This document shows, in pieces, positions 1 through 11,605 of a stretch of DNA of 64,000 nt (position 1 is the stretch's first letter; every line of letters begins with the position of its first letter). A program made the position numbers and the translations under genes. The stretch is from the human T2T-CHM13v2.0 reference genome, Homo sapiens: the NCBI RefSeq assembly GCF_009914755.1, contig NC_060947.1; one strand, 5' to 3'. The notes below the pieces were generated by a model. The model made no database searches, had not been told where the DNA came from, and saw only the letters and a program-made list of their open reading frames with translations.

Positions 1-185
1 ATACAGATGATGTCCGGGAGTTGCTTTAATATATTACAGATTGTAGGGAAATTAGTGAGGACACAGATTAAATTAGATTGGCTGAGTTGATAATTACTGA
101 AGTTGAGTGATTGGGAAAGGAGGTTCATGATGCTGTTCTCCCTAGTTTTGCAGATAGAATCTTTCCATAATAAAATGTTTTAAAT
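1..185 (+). mobile_element. Old L1 (L1ME-like) 3' end fragment
   Basis: Degenerate L1M 3'UTR-like motifs ending in CATAATAAAATGTTTT; recognised by eye only. Confidence 0.4.
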
Positions 186-354
186 CATGAATAAGGTGAA
201 GATACTGCACTCTGGATTTAGAACTAGGCTTGATTCTAAAGTATTAGGCAAGTTAATGAAGCTCTCCTGAGTCTCAGCATATTCCTCTGTAAAATGTGGG
301 AAAGAATTTTTCCTGCCTCACTGGGTGGTTGTGAAGATTAAGTGAGGTGATGCA

Positions 355-507
355 GACCAGGCACAGTGGCTCATGCCTGTAATCCTAGCACTTTGGGAGG
401 CTAAGGCAGGAGGATTGCTTGGGCTCAGGAGTTTGAGACCAGCCTGGGCAACATGGTGAGACCCTCGTCTCTCCAAAAAAAAAAAAACAAACAAACAAAA
501 AACAAAA
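355..507 (+). mobile_element. Free left Alu monomer (FLAM-like) inserted into a MIR
   Basis: Alu left-arm sequence with A/AAAC tail; target-site duplication TGAGGTGATGCA at 343-354 and 508-519; MIR-like sequence on both sides. Confidence 0.9.
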
Positions 508-1200
508 TGAGGTGATGCATAAAAAGGCTTAGTACACTGTCTGAACTATAATGTAATTTCCACAAATATTAACTGCCACTGCTGCTGTTATATGAAGGGC
601 CAAGAAGAGCACCTGGCATACAGTACGCACTTAATAAATGGTATAGATCATCATCATTATAATTAGCATCAAGAGTCAGACTCTTCACACCTGGTCAGGA
701 TGGGCATATATTGGCATTGAAGTCTCCTGGCTGAATAAGAACTGTCTTCCCTTAGTGGTGTGGGGCTGTAATAACTGTTTCAGTGCCTGAAGTTCAGAAA
801 TTTCCATTCAAGAATAGGACCAACTAAGTAGCTTCAAGTTAAACTGTCAAAACCATCCTCCACAGAGCTTCTGGAGCAGGAGACAACTGGACATTCAAGA
901 AGGCAGATTCAAGATTCAAGAAGGCAGGAGACAGCTGGAGATTCAACACCAGGTTGTTTCATTCATGGGGGGAGGGGGTTAGAGCAGGGCTCTTGGCCCC
1001 AGGAAAGGGATACAGCTGGGAATCACTTCCTTAATAAGTATTCTCTGACCTCCCTCCTGGCTTCCTGTTTCACTGGCCCTAACTCACAGTAAAGTGCTCA
1101 ACACAGGTTTGTCAAATGAATGGGCTACAAGACAGAAATCAAGTTACCAGAAGCTGGACGCTAGATCAGCAAGCTAGAGCTAGGTAAATAAATGCTTCCA

Positions 1201-1390
1201 GGCCAGGGTTGGCAGCTCATGCCTGTAATCCCAGCACGTTGGGAAGCCAAGGTGGGAGGATCACTTGAGCCCGGGATTTTGAGACCAGCCTGGCCAACAT
1301 AGTAAGACCCTGTCTCAACACAAAATAAAATTATCCAGGTGTGGTGGCTTGCCCCTGTGGTCCCAGCTACTTGGGAGGCTGAGGTGGGAG
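1201..1390 (+). mobile_element. 3'-truncated Alu (AluJ-like)
   Basis: GGCCAGGGTTGGCAGCTCATGCCTGTAATCCCAGC... left arm plus part of the right arm, ending abruptly against MER5-like sequence. Confidence 0.85.
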
Positions 1391-1497
1391 ATTCTGATTC
1401 AGATCATCTGCAGTGCGGCCTAGAGAATCTGCATTTCTGAACCACATCAGGGAGGATTCTGAAGCCACAGGCTCATAGCTTCTGTTCTGAGAAAGTT
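1391..1497. mobile_element. MER5-family hAT-Charlie fragment
   Basis: GATTCTGATTCAG...GAGAATCTGCATTTCT motif typical of MER5. Confidence 0.55.
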
Positions 1498-1719
1498 TTA
1501 GGAAGATGAGCCCGGTGATCAAGAAAGAGGCTGAAGACAGAAGGATAGTTAAGAAGACATTGGGACCATCCAGGTGGGCTACATACAAACCTGCCTTAGA
1601 GTGGGAGTGCTGGGAATATGCCAAGGTCCTGGGAGTTTGGAGAAAGCATGTGGACACTGGGAAGGGATGGGAAACTGGACAACTTACTGATGCTTGTTAG
1701 TGCTTCTTAGGTCAAGCCA

Positions 1720-2031
1720 TTTTTTTTTTTTTTTTGAGACAGGGTCTCGGTCTCTCTTTGTCACCCAGGCTGGAGTGCAGTGGCACAATCACAGCTCACT
1801 GCAACCTTGACCTCCCAGGTTTACATAATCCTCCTGACTCGGCCTCCTGAGTAGCTGAGACTACAGGCACACAATACCATGCCCAGCTAATTTTTATCTA
1901 TATTGTAGAGAGAGGTTTCGCCATGTTACCTGGGCTGGTCTCGAACTCCTGGGTTCAAGTGATCCTCCCCACTCAGCCTCCCAAAGTATTGGAATTACAG
2001 GGATTACAGGCATGAGCCACAGTGCCCAGCC
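1720..2031 (-). mobile_element. Alu (AluJ-like)
   Basis: Poly-T followed by the reverse complement of a full dimeric Alu. Confidence 0.92.
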
Positions 2032-2627
2032 TTCAAGCTTATCCTTGATAAATGCTATTCATCTTAACTAATCAGTGTTCAGGCTCCTTATTTCAACTTC
2101 CTTCCTATGTGTTCAGCCTTGTGAAGCCAGAATCCATCTTTTTGACCGAATTCATAATGTCTTTGCCATATGGTCTCAAGGGCCTTGATGAACATGTAAT
2201 CCTACTCTAGGTAGTTTCAGGGACAGAAGACCGCCTTCAGGACTGAGAAAAAAAAAAGCAATCTTGTGTTTTGGATGAATCCATGAAAAGGCTGATTAAG
2301 ATTGGCTCTAGTTGGCTGGTTAGGTCCTATCAAGCTATGGTGTAGCACTCTCTTTTAAGACTTGACTGTTCTTCTCAGGTCCTTATAAGTTACATGAAAT
2401 CCAGTAGAGCATTTTTAAGTCACAAAAACTGTTAAACTTTTCTTAGGCCCAGTTAGGCATCATTAAATCTTACTAATATTAGTGAAGTCACAAGATTGAA
2501 CCAGGCATAATGAAAATAGAATTTGTACAACTTAATGAGATTTGATGAAGATTATTGAACCTTATTCTGTCCTTAAGGCAATAGGACTAAAATTTAAAAA
2601 TTCAAATTGGATAAATGCAGAAGTTCA

Positions 2628-2659
<32 letters not shown>

Positions 2660-3419
2660 TGTTTAAGTAAAGTGAGCTAGCTGAATTTACAAGCCCTGTG
2701 TGTCCCATTCCCCGAGGGCCCTCTGTGACTACTAATTTGAAAACTAATATGTGCTAACTTTTAATGGGTTACTCTCTCTCCTCCCTCCTAGGTGGCATAA
2801 ATGCATCTTAATAGGGTCTTCTGGACATGCTCCTTTCACCCACAGAAGAGAACCTTGGAGTGTAGGCATTCCAGGCACCAAGCTAGGCCCATAAGGGAAG
2901 CAGCTAGACCTTTGGGGTCCTCGCAGATCTCATCAGGCAGACAAGCCCATACTCCAGCAATATTGGGTGGAGAGATGAGTGGGAAACGGGCGGGGCTGGA
3001 AGTGAGTCATCCTTGGCTAAGTGTGATAAAGTAGGTCCCCAATCAGCCAGAGACACCAGATAATGCCTTTTCATTGCTGGAGAGAGAATCTGTGACTCAC
3101 TTGGCATTTTGTGGGTTACATCTTTCAGAATGTTTCTGTCACTGGCTGCATTCGAAGCTCAGAAGTAAACTTTAAGATAAGTCTTTATACATTTGATTAT
3201 GTTACATTTGAAACACATTTGTTTTATTTTTTAGAAAGGTTTCCTTAAATTAGTCACAACAGGAAATATACTCTTTTTCTTGCAAATATTTTTAATTCTT
3301 GATCTCAGAGTCAGTCTTTAGCTACTGAAGATATAGGAATTCAGCAGACATCTAGTCCTTATGCTAATAACAGTAATAATGATTATTATAATACTATCAA
3401 ACACATATAAAGTTTATTT

Positions 3420-3705
3420 TATCATGCCTGTAATCTCGGAACTTTGGGAGGCCATGGTGGGAGGATTGAGCTCAGGAGTTCCAGATCAGCCTGGGCAACA
3501 TAATGAGACCTTATCTCTACTAAAATTGTAAAAAATTAGCTGGCAGTGGTAGCGTGCACCTGTAGTCCCAGCTACTCGAGAGGCTGAGGCTGAAGGATCA
3601 GTTGAGCTCAAGAGGTTGAGGCTGCTATGAACTATGATCACACCACTGCACTCTGACCTCAGTGACAGAGTGAGAGTCTGTCTCTAAAAAAATAAAAATG
3701 AAAAG
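3420..3705 (+). mobile_element. Alu (AluJ-like, slightly 5' truncated)
   Basis: TCATGCCTGTAATCTC...GAGAGTCTGTCTCTAAAAAATAAAAA. Confidence 0.88.
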
Positions 3706-3714
3706 TAAAGTTTA

Positions 3715-3935
3715 TTCTATATCAGGCACAGTGTTAAGTGCTTTACAGATACTAACTCATTTAATCCTCACAACAACTCTCTGAAGTTACAGCTTTTATT
3801 TTCTCCATTTATAGGTGAAGAAACTGAGGCATGGAGAGGTTAGAGACTTTCTCAAGGTCACAGAGCTGGTAAATGGTGGAGCTGGGATTCAAACCCAGGC
3901 AGCATGCATATAGAGTCTATACTCTCAACCTATAA
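3715..3935 (-). mobile_element. MIR SINE
   Basis: CATTTAATCCTCACAACAAC...GAAACTGAGGC...AAGGTCACAGAGCTGGTAAATGGTGGAGCTGGGATTCAAACCCAGG core. Confidence 0.8.
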
Positions 3936-4630
3936 CATCAGCAGTAATCAATTTTGTTGGGATAAACCATCCACTATATTCCTGTTTTGGAAGGGAATCC
4001 ATGATACACTGCTGAACTTTTTCATAAAAAAAAAAAGAAATCAGGTGACAATGAGAACAATATGGTTTTATCCTTTTAAATAAATATATGTGTTTGTGTG
4101 TGCGGTTGGGTTGGAGGAAGAGCAGGAGGGAAGGGGGAGGGGGAGAGATAGCAGATTTGAATGTGGCTAGGACAAGGAGGTCTGGAGGAAATCATAATCA
4201 CAGTAGTTATTTTGGGGAAGTGGGAGTTGTATAGGTAATTTCACTTTTTACTTTACATACTTATATATTGTTTTAATTTTTAAAAGCATGTGATAAAACA
4301 CATACACACACGCACACACTCCAAGGAACTGGCAGGCATCAGCTATGTAAGACTAATGAAGAACTAATTAAGCTCTCACCTATAATTACTGACACAGCAT
4401 GTGGCTGGGATTTCTGCAATCCTGAGAGAAAAGACCAGGTTCTCCCGTGCTTTCAGGCCTAAAAGCAGTGACTCTCACATAGTAGGTACTCAGTAAATGT
4501 TGTTTGTGGTGATATGGTATTGGAAAGTATGTTGTTTGAATCACATCCTTTTATTCTCTCAGACTCTGGGGTCATTATAAACTCCGCCAAGTTTTCAATA
4601 CTTAGGAAATTTTGATCTGCTCTCTCGTTC

Positions 4631-4847
4631 CAGGGCTGACCAACTTTTTCTTTGGGGGGCAAGAAAATAAGTATTTTAGGCTTTTGGGGCCATAAGATCT
4701 CTGTTGCAACGACTCCTGCCACTGTTGCATGAGAGCAGCCAGGGAAAATATGCAAAGAAATGGGCGTGCTGTGTTCCAATAATACTATATTTACAAAAGC
4801 AGGCAGAGGGCTGCATTTGGCCCCAGGACAGTAGTTTTTGGACCCTG
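4631..4847. mobile_element. MER58A-like hAT MITE
   Basis: CAGGG...CCCTG termini; internal TATTTTAGGCTTT...GTGTTCCAATAA...TTTACAAAAGCAGGC pattern. Confidence 0.75.
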
Positions 4848-5813
4848 CTCTAGCTGCTCAGAACAGTGCCATTTGTACTGAGAAACAGCTCATTTGCTTT
4901 GTTTTCAGGATAGTTTTCTCCTGAAGTTCTGAGGGCTTTGCCCATTTGTGAAGGTCTGAGGGATGTACCTTGGAAATTGTGAGGTGTTGATCAAATTCCT
5001 TGGACACTTAAAACTGTCAGGCGGCCTCATTCTTGCCAAGTGAGAGATTTGAGTTGCCTTATTCCACAGTCCCAGAGGGTTACTTTCAGAGTCAGCATAC
5101 TCTGTGTTTTTGCTAGAACTTTCTACAAAGTACTCGGCTTTTGTTTCTTTGCTTGGTTCAATCTCTAGAGAAGACAAGAGAGAAGAAACTTCCAGTCCAC
5201 CTCTGATGGCCATTTGTGCAAAAGGAATATGCTGTCTCCCCTTTCCCAACTTTCAGTGTCAAAAGCAGTGTCTTCAGGTCAATGAATGCAAGAAAGCTGT
5301 GGGTTGCACATCGCCAACCTGGAATATTCTGTGGTTCTCTTCTGTGACTCAGACCCAGCATGCAAGTTTTATGCTTCTTTTTACCCCCGTACTCCACCCA
5401 TGGAAGGAAACCATCCTTCCCATTGTGACAGCTTTATTAGACCCATCACCCAAAGGTAGTTCTGGTTGTACTTGGTTATCACCCCTATTGAGAATCCTAA
5501 TTAAGTCCTGAGGAACCGAGCCAATTCGTTGTTTCTTCATTTTAGCTCCTCCCTGGGCTGCCTCAATAGCTCATTTCCTTAGCAGGTTTCCTATCTTTTC
5601 TCCACTACAGTTAGAGCGCCCTGCTCTCCATGAGTACCTACCCTCCTCAGGGGAAAAGGGAACCAAACTTTATTTCTGAAATATTTCAAGTTCTTGGACT
5701 TTATGTTCCTGTTCACAGATCCTCCCAAGGGGGTGTAGGATCTTTATACAATCAGGCCCTTTGGCAGCCCAAATATTGATCAAGAAGCAGTTGACAGGCA
5801 AAACCATGTAAGC

Positions 5814-6188
5814 TGATATGGTTAGACTTTTTGTCCCCACCCAAATCTCATCTTGAATTGTAATCCCCATAATCCCCATGTGTCAAGGGAGAGACCAGGT
5901 GGAGGTGATTGAATCATGAGGGTGGTTTCCCCTTTGCTGTTCTTGTGATAGTGAGTTCTCACGAGATCTGATGGTTTTATAAGGGGCTCTTCCCCCTTCA
6001 CTCAGCACTTCTCCTTCCTGCCACCTTGTGAAGAAGATGCCTTGCTTTTCCTTCACTTTCTGCCATGATTGTGAGTTTCCTGAGGCCTCCTCAACCATGC
6101 AGAACTGTGAGTCAATTAAACCTCTTTCCTTTATAAATTACCCAGTCTCAGGCAGTTCTTTATAGCAGTATGAAAATGGACTTATACA
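5814..6188 (+). mobile_element. THE1 (MaLR) solo LTR
   Basis: Starts TGATATGGTT, ends ...ATACA; CCCAAATCTCATCTTGAATTGTAATCCCC and CAATTAAACCTCTTTCCTTTATAAATTACCCAGTCTCAGG hallmarks. Confidence 0.9.
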
Positions 6189-6674
6189 ATACATATGAAT
6201 AGTTTACAGGCTAAGGCTACTTAACTACATCTCCAACCAAATTTGTAGCTTTCTTCCTCTAACCCCTTGGGACTGACATTTAAAGTCTCTTTGGAAAAGC
6301 GCAAGGACAAATCATACCCCACTCCCCCATAGTGCTAACTATAAGAGTTTGTTTGAAAAAATGTGCACATTTTGTGTTTGGGACTTTAAAAACCAATACA
6401 TTAATGCTTACATTTAAACTCTACCCTGTGGATAGAAGGGAGAATGAAGAGCACCATTGTGGGTTGGACACGCTTGTACAAAAAACATGGACTCCCAGAA
6501 GGAATCACCCCAAATTAAGGCCATTTTAGTGTGAGGGATTAGAATGGGCCATCTAATTTTCATACCTGGCTGCCAAGAGGATAAAAGGAAATGTCTTGTT
6601 GAAAAAAATTCTGTTCTGGTTTGTGAGATCACAATGTCTAGCAGCTGCAAATCTTGAAATTATGAGATTACTCA

Positions 6675-8887
6675 GAGCCTGTAATTTAAACTTTATTTCA
6701 TATCTATTGTTAAATTACACAAAATCAGTGAATGGTTTGTAAAGCTACACCAATGGACAGATGTTTACAGTTGAAATCATGGGATTTACATAATGGCAAA
6801 AATGTATATGTATATTTATAACATCCTCTATATACAATAATCAGTATAGACAGAGAAAATGCACTTAATCTTTGCAAATCATGCACACCACAGCAATAAC
6901 ACAAAATGTTTTTTCTGTAACAAGCTTTTCCACTGGCTCAGGCTTCATCCTGCTTTCCAACAATACCTATCAGTTTTAAAAGCAAACATTTTCAATTAAA
7001 ACTAAAGAAAATTGAAATACCATAGTGATCTACTAACTATTTTAAAAACACAATTGTACACAAAATAGTTTTACTCTAAAACACTGTGACTTCAAGGTGT
7101 GGAAAAATTCCTTTCAGTTTTTTAGCTCTCAGGATTTTCAAGACTGCAATACTGTCAGACAAAACAAAAGCTAGAAATACTGATACAAGCTCAGAGTCAA
7201 GAAAATCTATTTTAAACCCAAATACCCAGCTTCTTGTCCAGTTTGTGGCTATATTACTACAGATGAAACACATGAGCAGATTGTACAAGATGTGACTTTA
7301 TGGTCACACTTCTAAGCATGTCCCTTGTGAAAACATAAATGCCACTTTCAGTCACCTTGTTTGATTTACAGCCAGGAGGTTAGTGTAAGTCCTTGCATAA
7401 GTATAGCAAAATCCACAGTAAAATGAAAACTGCCCGGAATCATGATGCTTGACAGCACAGTGGGTTACATACTTCTTTTTATCTTGGTCAGCTTGTAATA
7501 GGTACCATAGAAGTATTTTTGCATCGACTTACACTACCAAATTACTCTGCTCAACTCATATGTTCCTGATATGTAACCTCACTACAGAACACTTTTTACT
7601 TTTGCTCTTTTCAAAACAAAAACTTTGTAGAAGGGTTTGCCCACATTATCAAGGTGCTATTGAATAACTGGCTAGCCTTCCTAATGCTTATTTTATCCTT
7701 TTTTGGCTTTTGTAATTGTCTACAAATCTGTCAACATGAAAAAGAACTAAAGGGCTAGAAATAGTTGGCCCAACTGGAAACATTACAATAGAGATGTACA
7801 AAAAGTAAGTAAGAGTTCACATTTTAGGTTAAATTCTATCTGATCAAGAATAACTTCAGCAATATTTTTAGACACATTATCCTGTTCAAGTTTCTTGATT
7901 AGGACCTCACTACACAAATATTGATAAAATAATTCTATAGAAAGAAAGTCCTGACTTTAATCCAGGATTATATACCACAATAACTTCAGCAACACACCAT
8001 TTAGATGATGAAGAAAGATTCTATACATGGGTTAATTTGGAATGAGCACAATTCAGAGAAGCCTTAAAATGAATGAGAAGCAGCGCCAAAATGATTCCAG
8101 TATTGTTGAAATTACAGTGCCCTGAAAGCGCCTGGAAATTAGATCTTTACATTGGTATTTCATTTTGAAAAAAAGGTGTTTTGTTTAATGTGAGATACAC
8201 CCTGTGTAAAACCTTTAAACAGTAGAAGGTAGAAAAAGTTTAAAATTTTAAACATCTCTTAAATATCAAGATATGAGTCCTGTTCTTGAAAAGCCAATAT
8301 TTTGACATAAAACTACCCATGTTTGGAGAGGAATTTTTTATTTTCTACAGCTCGGTAAGATTCACCATCAGTTGTTATTCTATTTAAATAGATTCCTTGT
8401 TAAAATCAGAAGAAAATAAAAGGTTTTATGTTTCATTTTAGTTGCTTTATGTTTATACTTATTCTCACCCCTGGAAAAAATATTTGATTCCAAGATTGGG
8501 TTTTAACAGTGTATCATGAATAATTTAAAGTCCATTTCTTAGCCATAAGTTAAATGGTCACATTTTATGTTTTCACTTTGTCTCCATAACTAATTTAAGA
8601 ACTTCTTAAAATATCTAAACAGCAATTTCTGGTGAGTCTGGTTTGGCTTTCGGATTTCATATTTAGTCCAACCCCAAAAAGACAATTTAATTCCATATTG
8701 AGATTTGTTTTACCTACACACAGTATAACACTGAATTGAAAGGCAACTGTAAAGGCAACATCTAAACTTTTTTTTAAAACTTCCCCAATGAAGGAAGCAG
8801 GATGTGTTTGGACACTTTCATCTTTTAAGCTATGCCATCTTTTCAGTGGCGCTTTGGGAGAAGTATGTACAGGCCTTTTTGAGCCAT
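6675..8887 (-). other. HS6ST2: HS6ST2 3'UTR (~2.2 kb)
   Basis: Repeat-free AT-rich sequence between the TAA stop and AATAAA; 3' end position approximate. Confidence 0.75.
6692..6697 (-). terminator. HS6ST2: Probable distal polyadenylation signal (AATAAA) of HS6ST2
   Basis: TTTATT on + at the distal end of a repeat-free AT-rich block following the stop codon. Confidence 0.75.
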
Positions 8888-9758
8888 TTAACGCCATTTC
8901 TCTACACTGCCTATGTAGTCGTTGGTGCCATTGCTGGTGTTATCATTCTGCTCCTTGCCTGAGTTCTGCTTCGGGCTTTCCCGGTTCTCCTTCTGGCTCA
9001 AACTCTGAGTCAGATTCTGCATCAGATTCTGAGTCAGGTTCTGATTGGCATTCGGATTTGGGTTCTGACTCTGATTCTGATTCGGATTCTGGCTCTGGCC
9101 CTGACCCTGGCTCTGGAAATGGGTCTGAAGGAGCCTTCCCTTCAGAAATTTGCGTTGTTCCTGACGCTTTCGCCTGGCCTCCTGATGCTCTTTCTGCCTC
9201 ATAAACTGATACCTCTGCAAAAAAAGGTCTTTGGCATAGCTGTACAACTCCATATCCAGAAAATTCAGTCCCTCAATACGCTTTTGAATTTCCTTATTGA
9301 TCTCTACACTAGAGGCCCTAGTGGTATTATACTGGGTAAATGGCGAAATAAAGTTCATGTTGAAGGTTTTCTCAAACAGATATTGGGTCTTCCGCTGAAA
9401 CTCAGTGAGGCCGAAGAACGCCATGTGCTTCAGATTTGACTTGGCACTTTCCAGAAGGACCTTGTTTCTTTGCTTTTCAGGCATGACAGAGAGGTTGTAG
9501 CAGCCTACCAGGGTCAGGTCGGAGAGCATGCGCACCTGGCGGTTGTTGGCTAGATTGTAGGGACAGTCCATAAACTCTTTGAGGGGGCAGCCAGACCAGT
9601 CATCGCCAGTGTAGCAGCTGGGCAGCTCTTCGGAGGTTGGAGGCCTTCCATCGCAGACATGCAGGGATGCTTTCCATGTTGCCCCTCTCTGGACATGCCT
9701 CCACTCACTCAAGTACCGGGACACTGGGTCTCGGAGGATGGTGATGTAGTGGAAGTTC
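8888..9758 (-). CDS. HS6ST2: HS6ST2 terminal coding exon (C-terminal half of the sulfotransferase domain plus Q/N-rich tail)
   Basis: Acceptor ...TTTGTGCTTCATCCATAG|G AAC TTC CAC (AG at 9760-9759, phase 2); translation NFHYITILRDPVSRYLSEWRHVQRGATWK...VEKWR* contains the 3'-phosphate-binding RDPVSRYLS motif of HS 6-O-sulfotransferases and the HS6ST2-type QN tail; 871 nt = 1 + 290 codons. Confidence 0.97.
8990..9115 (-). repeat. HS6ST2: Coding low-complexity repeat (QSQGQGQSQNPNQNQSQNPNPNANQNLTQNLMQNLTQSLSQ)
   Basis: 6- and 12-nt units such as CAGAAT/CAGAATCTGACT repeated in frame. Confidence 0.85.
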
Positions 9759-11301
9759 CTATGGATGAAGCACAAAAACCAACAGTCAGAGATATGGGCG
9801 AAATAAGTGGAGTCATGGAGGTACATGGCATATGTGGTGTTCACTGGCTAAAAAGGAAGGCAAAGCAAAAATGACAGGGATCTGATGGCATTTGTCCTGT
9901 AAACTGTACTGCAGTCCCCTCTCTGAGTCTCACTAGCCTAGAGATAGCTAATTTTTTCAACCAATTTGCTGATACTTCAGCTAAAACAGGTATGAAAAGG
10001 TTAGATTCCAGACATTGACCTTGTCATGCTTCACTCCCGTTCGTTCCCCCTTCCCCTCTTTTTCTCCCTCTCTAACCAAAGACAAAATCTTCCCAATGAC
10101 ACCATTGGCTAACTAGGCAACCACTTTATTTCATGCCCCCCACTCTAAACCATTTAGTGATCATGAAATGGAGACTCATTGGAAGCACATACTTTATTGG
10201 AGTGAAATGGAGTTGACAAGTGGGTTCAAATTCGAATCTTATTAAATATGCAATAGCATTTTTTCTAATATCCAGTCTAATCTGCATATCTTTTTGTTTT
10301 TAAAAAACTCATTAAAAGAGTGTATGATATGATACTCTTGATTCTGGCTGTTGTCATATTATGGCTCATACATTATGGAAGTGGAATGTAGAGATAGGCA
10401 GAGTAGCCCAGGGCCTCCAGCAATAAACGCTGTGGTTAGTCACTGACTGAAATAGACATGGTAGCTGCCAATGGCATGTATGCAAGCTACTACCTTGGTT
10501 TCCACCTTTGCTCCTATGATAATATTCCCAGGATAGGAAACTTAACTCTATCAGCAGCTTCAAAATGTCCCTTTTCCTTATCTACTAAAAGGGCACGTGG
10601 ATGTCAGCAAGTGTGGAGGCTTTGCTGTATGGCTGTCTTCTCTTTAGGGCTTCAAACAAAGTTCTTTGCTCAAATAGCAGACTAGCAAACATTTAAACCA
10701 CATGTTAACACACTCACACCATACATGGTAGGCACACGCCCCAGAAACATCAAGTCCATGATACAATCAGGCATACTTAAGGAGAGAACCGTGTCATTGT
10801 GCTTTTCATGAGAAATGGGTTACCACTCAGGTACAGAAGATGAAGGACGAGGCCACAGAAGGGCATATTGTGGAAAGAAAGCAACAATAAACATTGAATA
10901 TTAGCATTTAGCTTCTTAAAGGAAACCCGGAGAATGGCTTGCAACTTTTCTGAAATATTCATTCCCATCTGAGGGAGTGGTTGTTCTCTACACATACATG
11001 AGGAGCCACAGGGAACCTGCTCAGCCACCTGCTTAACTGAATATTGGCTGATGTTCATTGAGGAAACGTTTCTCCCAACTGGGGCTTCCATCACCTCAGG
11101 CATCCTGAAATCTATCTCCTATGCCTCTATCCTGTACATGGTGCTTGCTCTGCCTGCCATGATCTTCCCTCTTTGGCTGGAAAATTCTACTCATCCTTCA
11201 ATACCAGTTCAAGTACCATCTCTTTTGTGAAAAAATGTACCCCACTCTGTGTTGCCAGTTATCATTTCTTCCTCTGTGTTGCCATAGCACTTCTATACTT
11301 A

Positions 11302-11605
<304 letters not shown>

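Noticed and set aside
8788-9204. 138-aa plus-strand Ser-Asp-repeat ORF resembling DSPP/Sdr repeats
   Set aside because: It is the antisense shadow of the HS6ST2 QN repeat, with no independent evidence of coding
9759-9844. N-terminal 29 aa (MNTTYAMY...CFIHR) of the 318-aa ORF
   Set aside because: Intronic: a pyrimidine tract and AG acceptor lie at 9760-9759, and family-like sequence begins at NFHYITILRDP
9119-9874. Plus-strand ORFs of 106 and 71 aa
   Set aside because: Antisense shadows of the real coding exon
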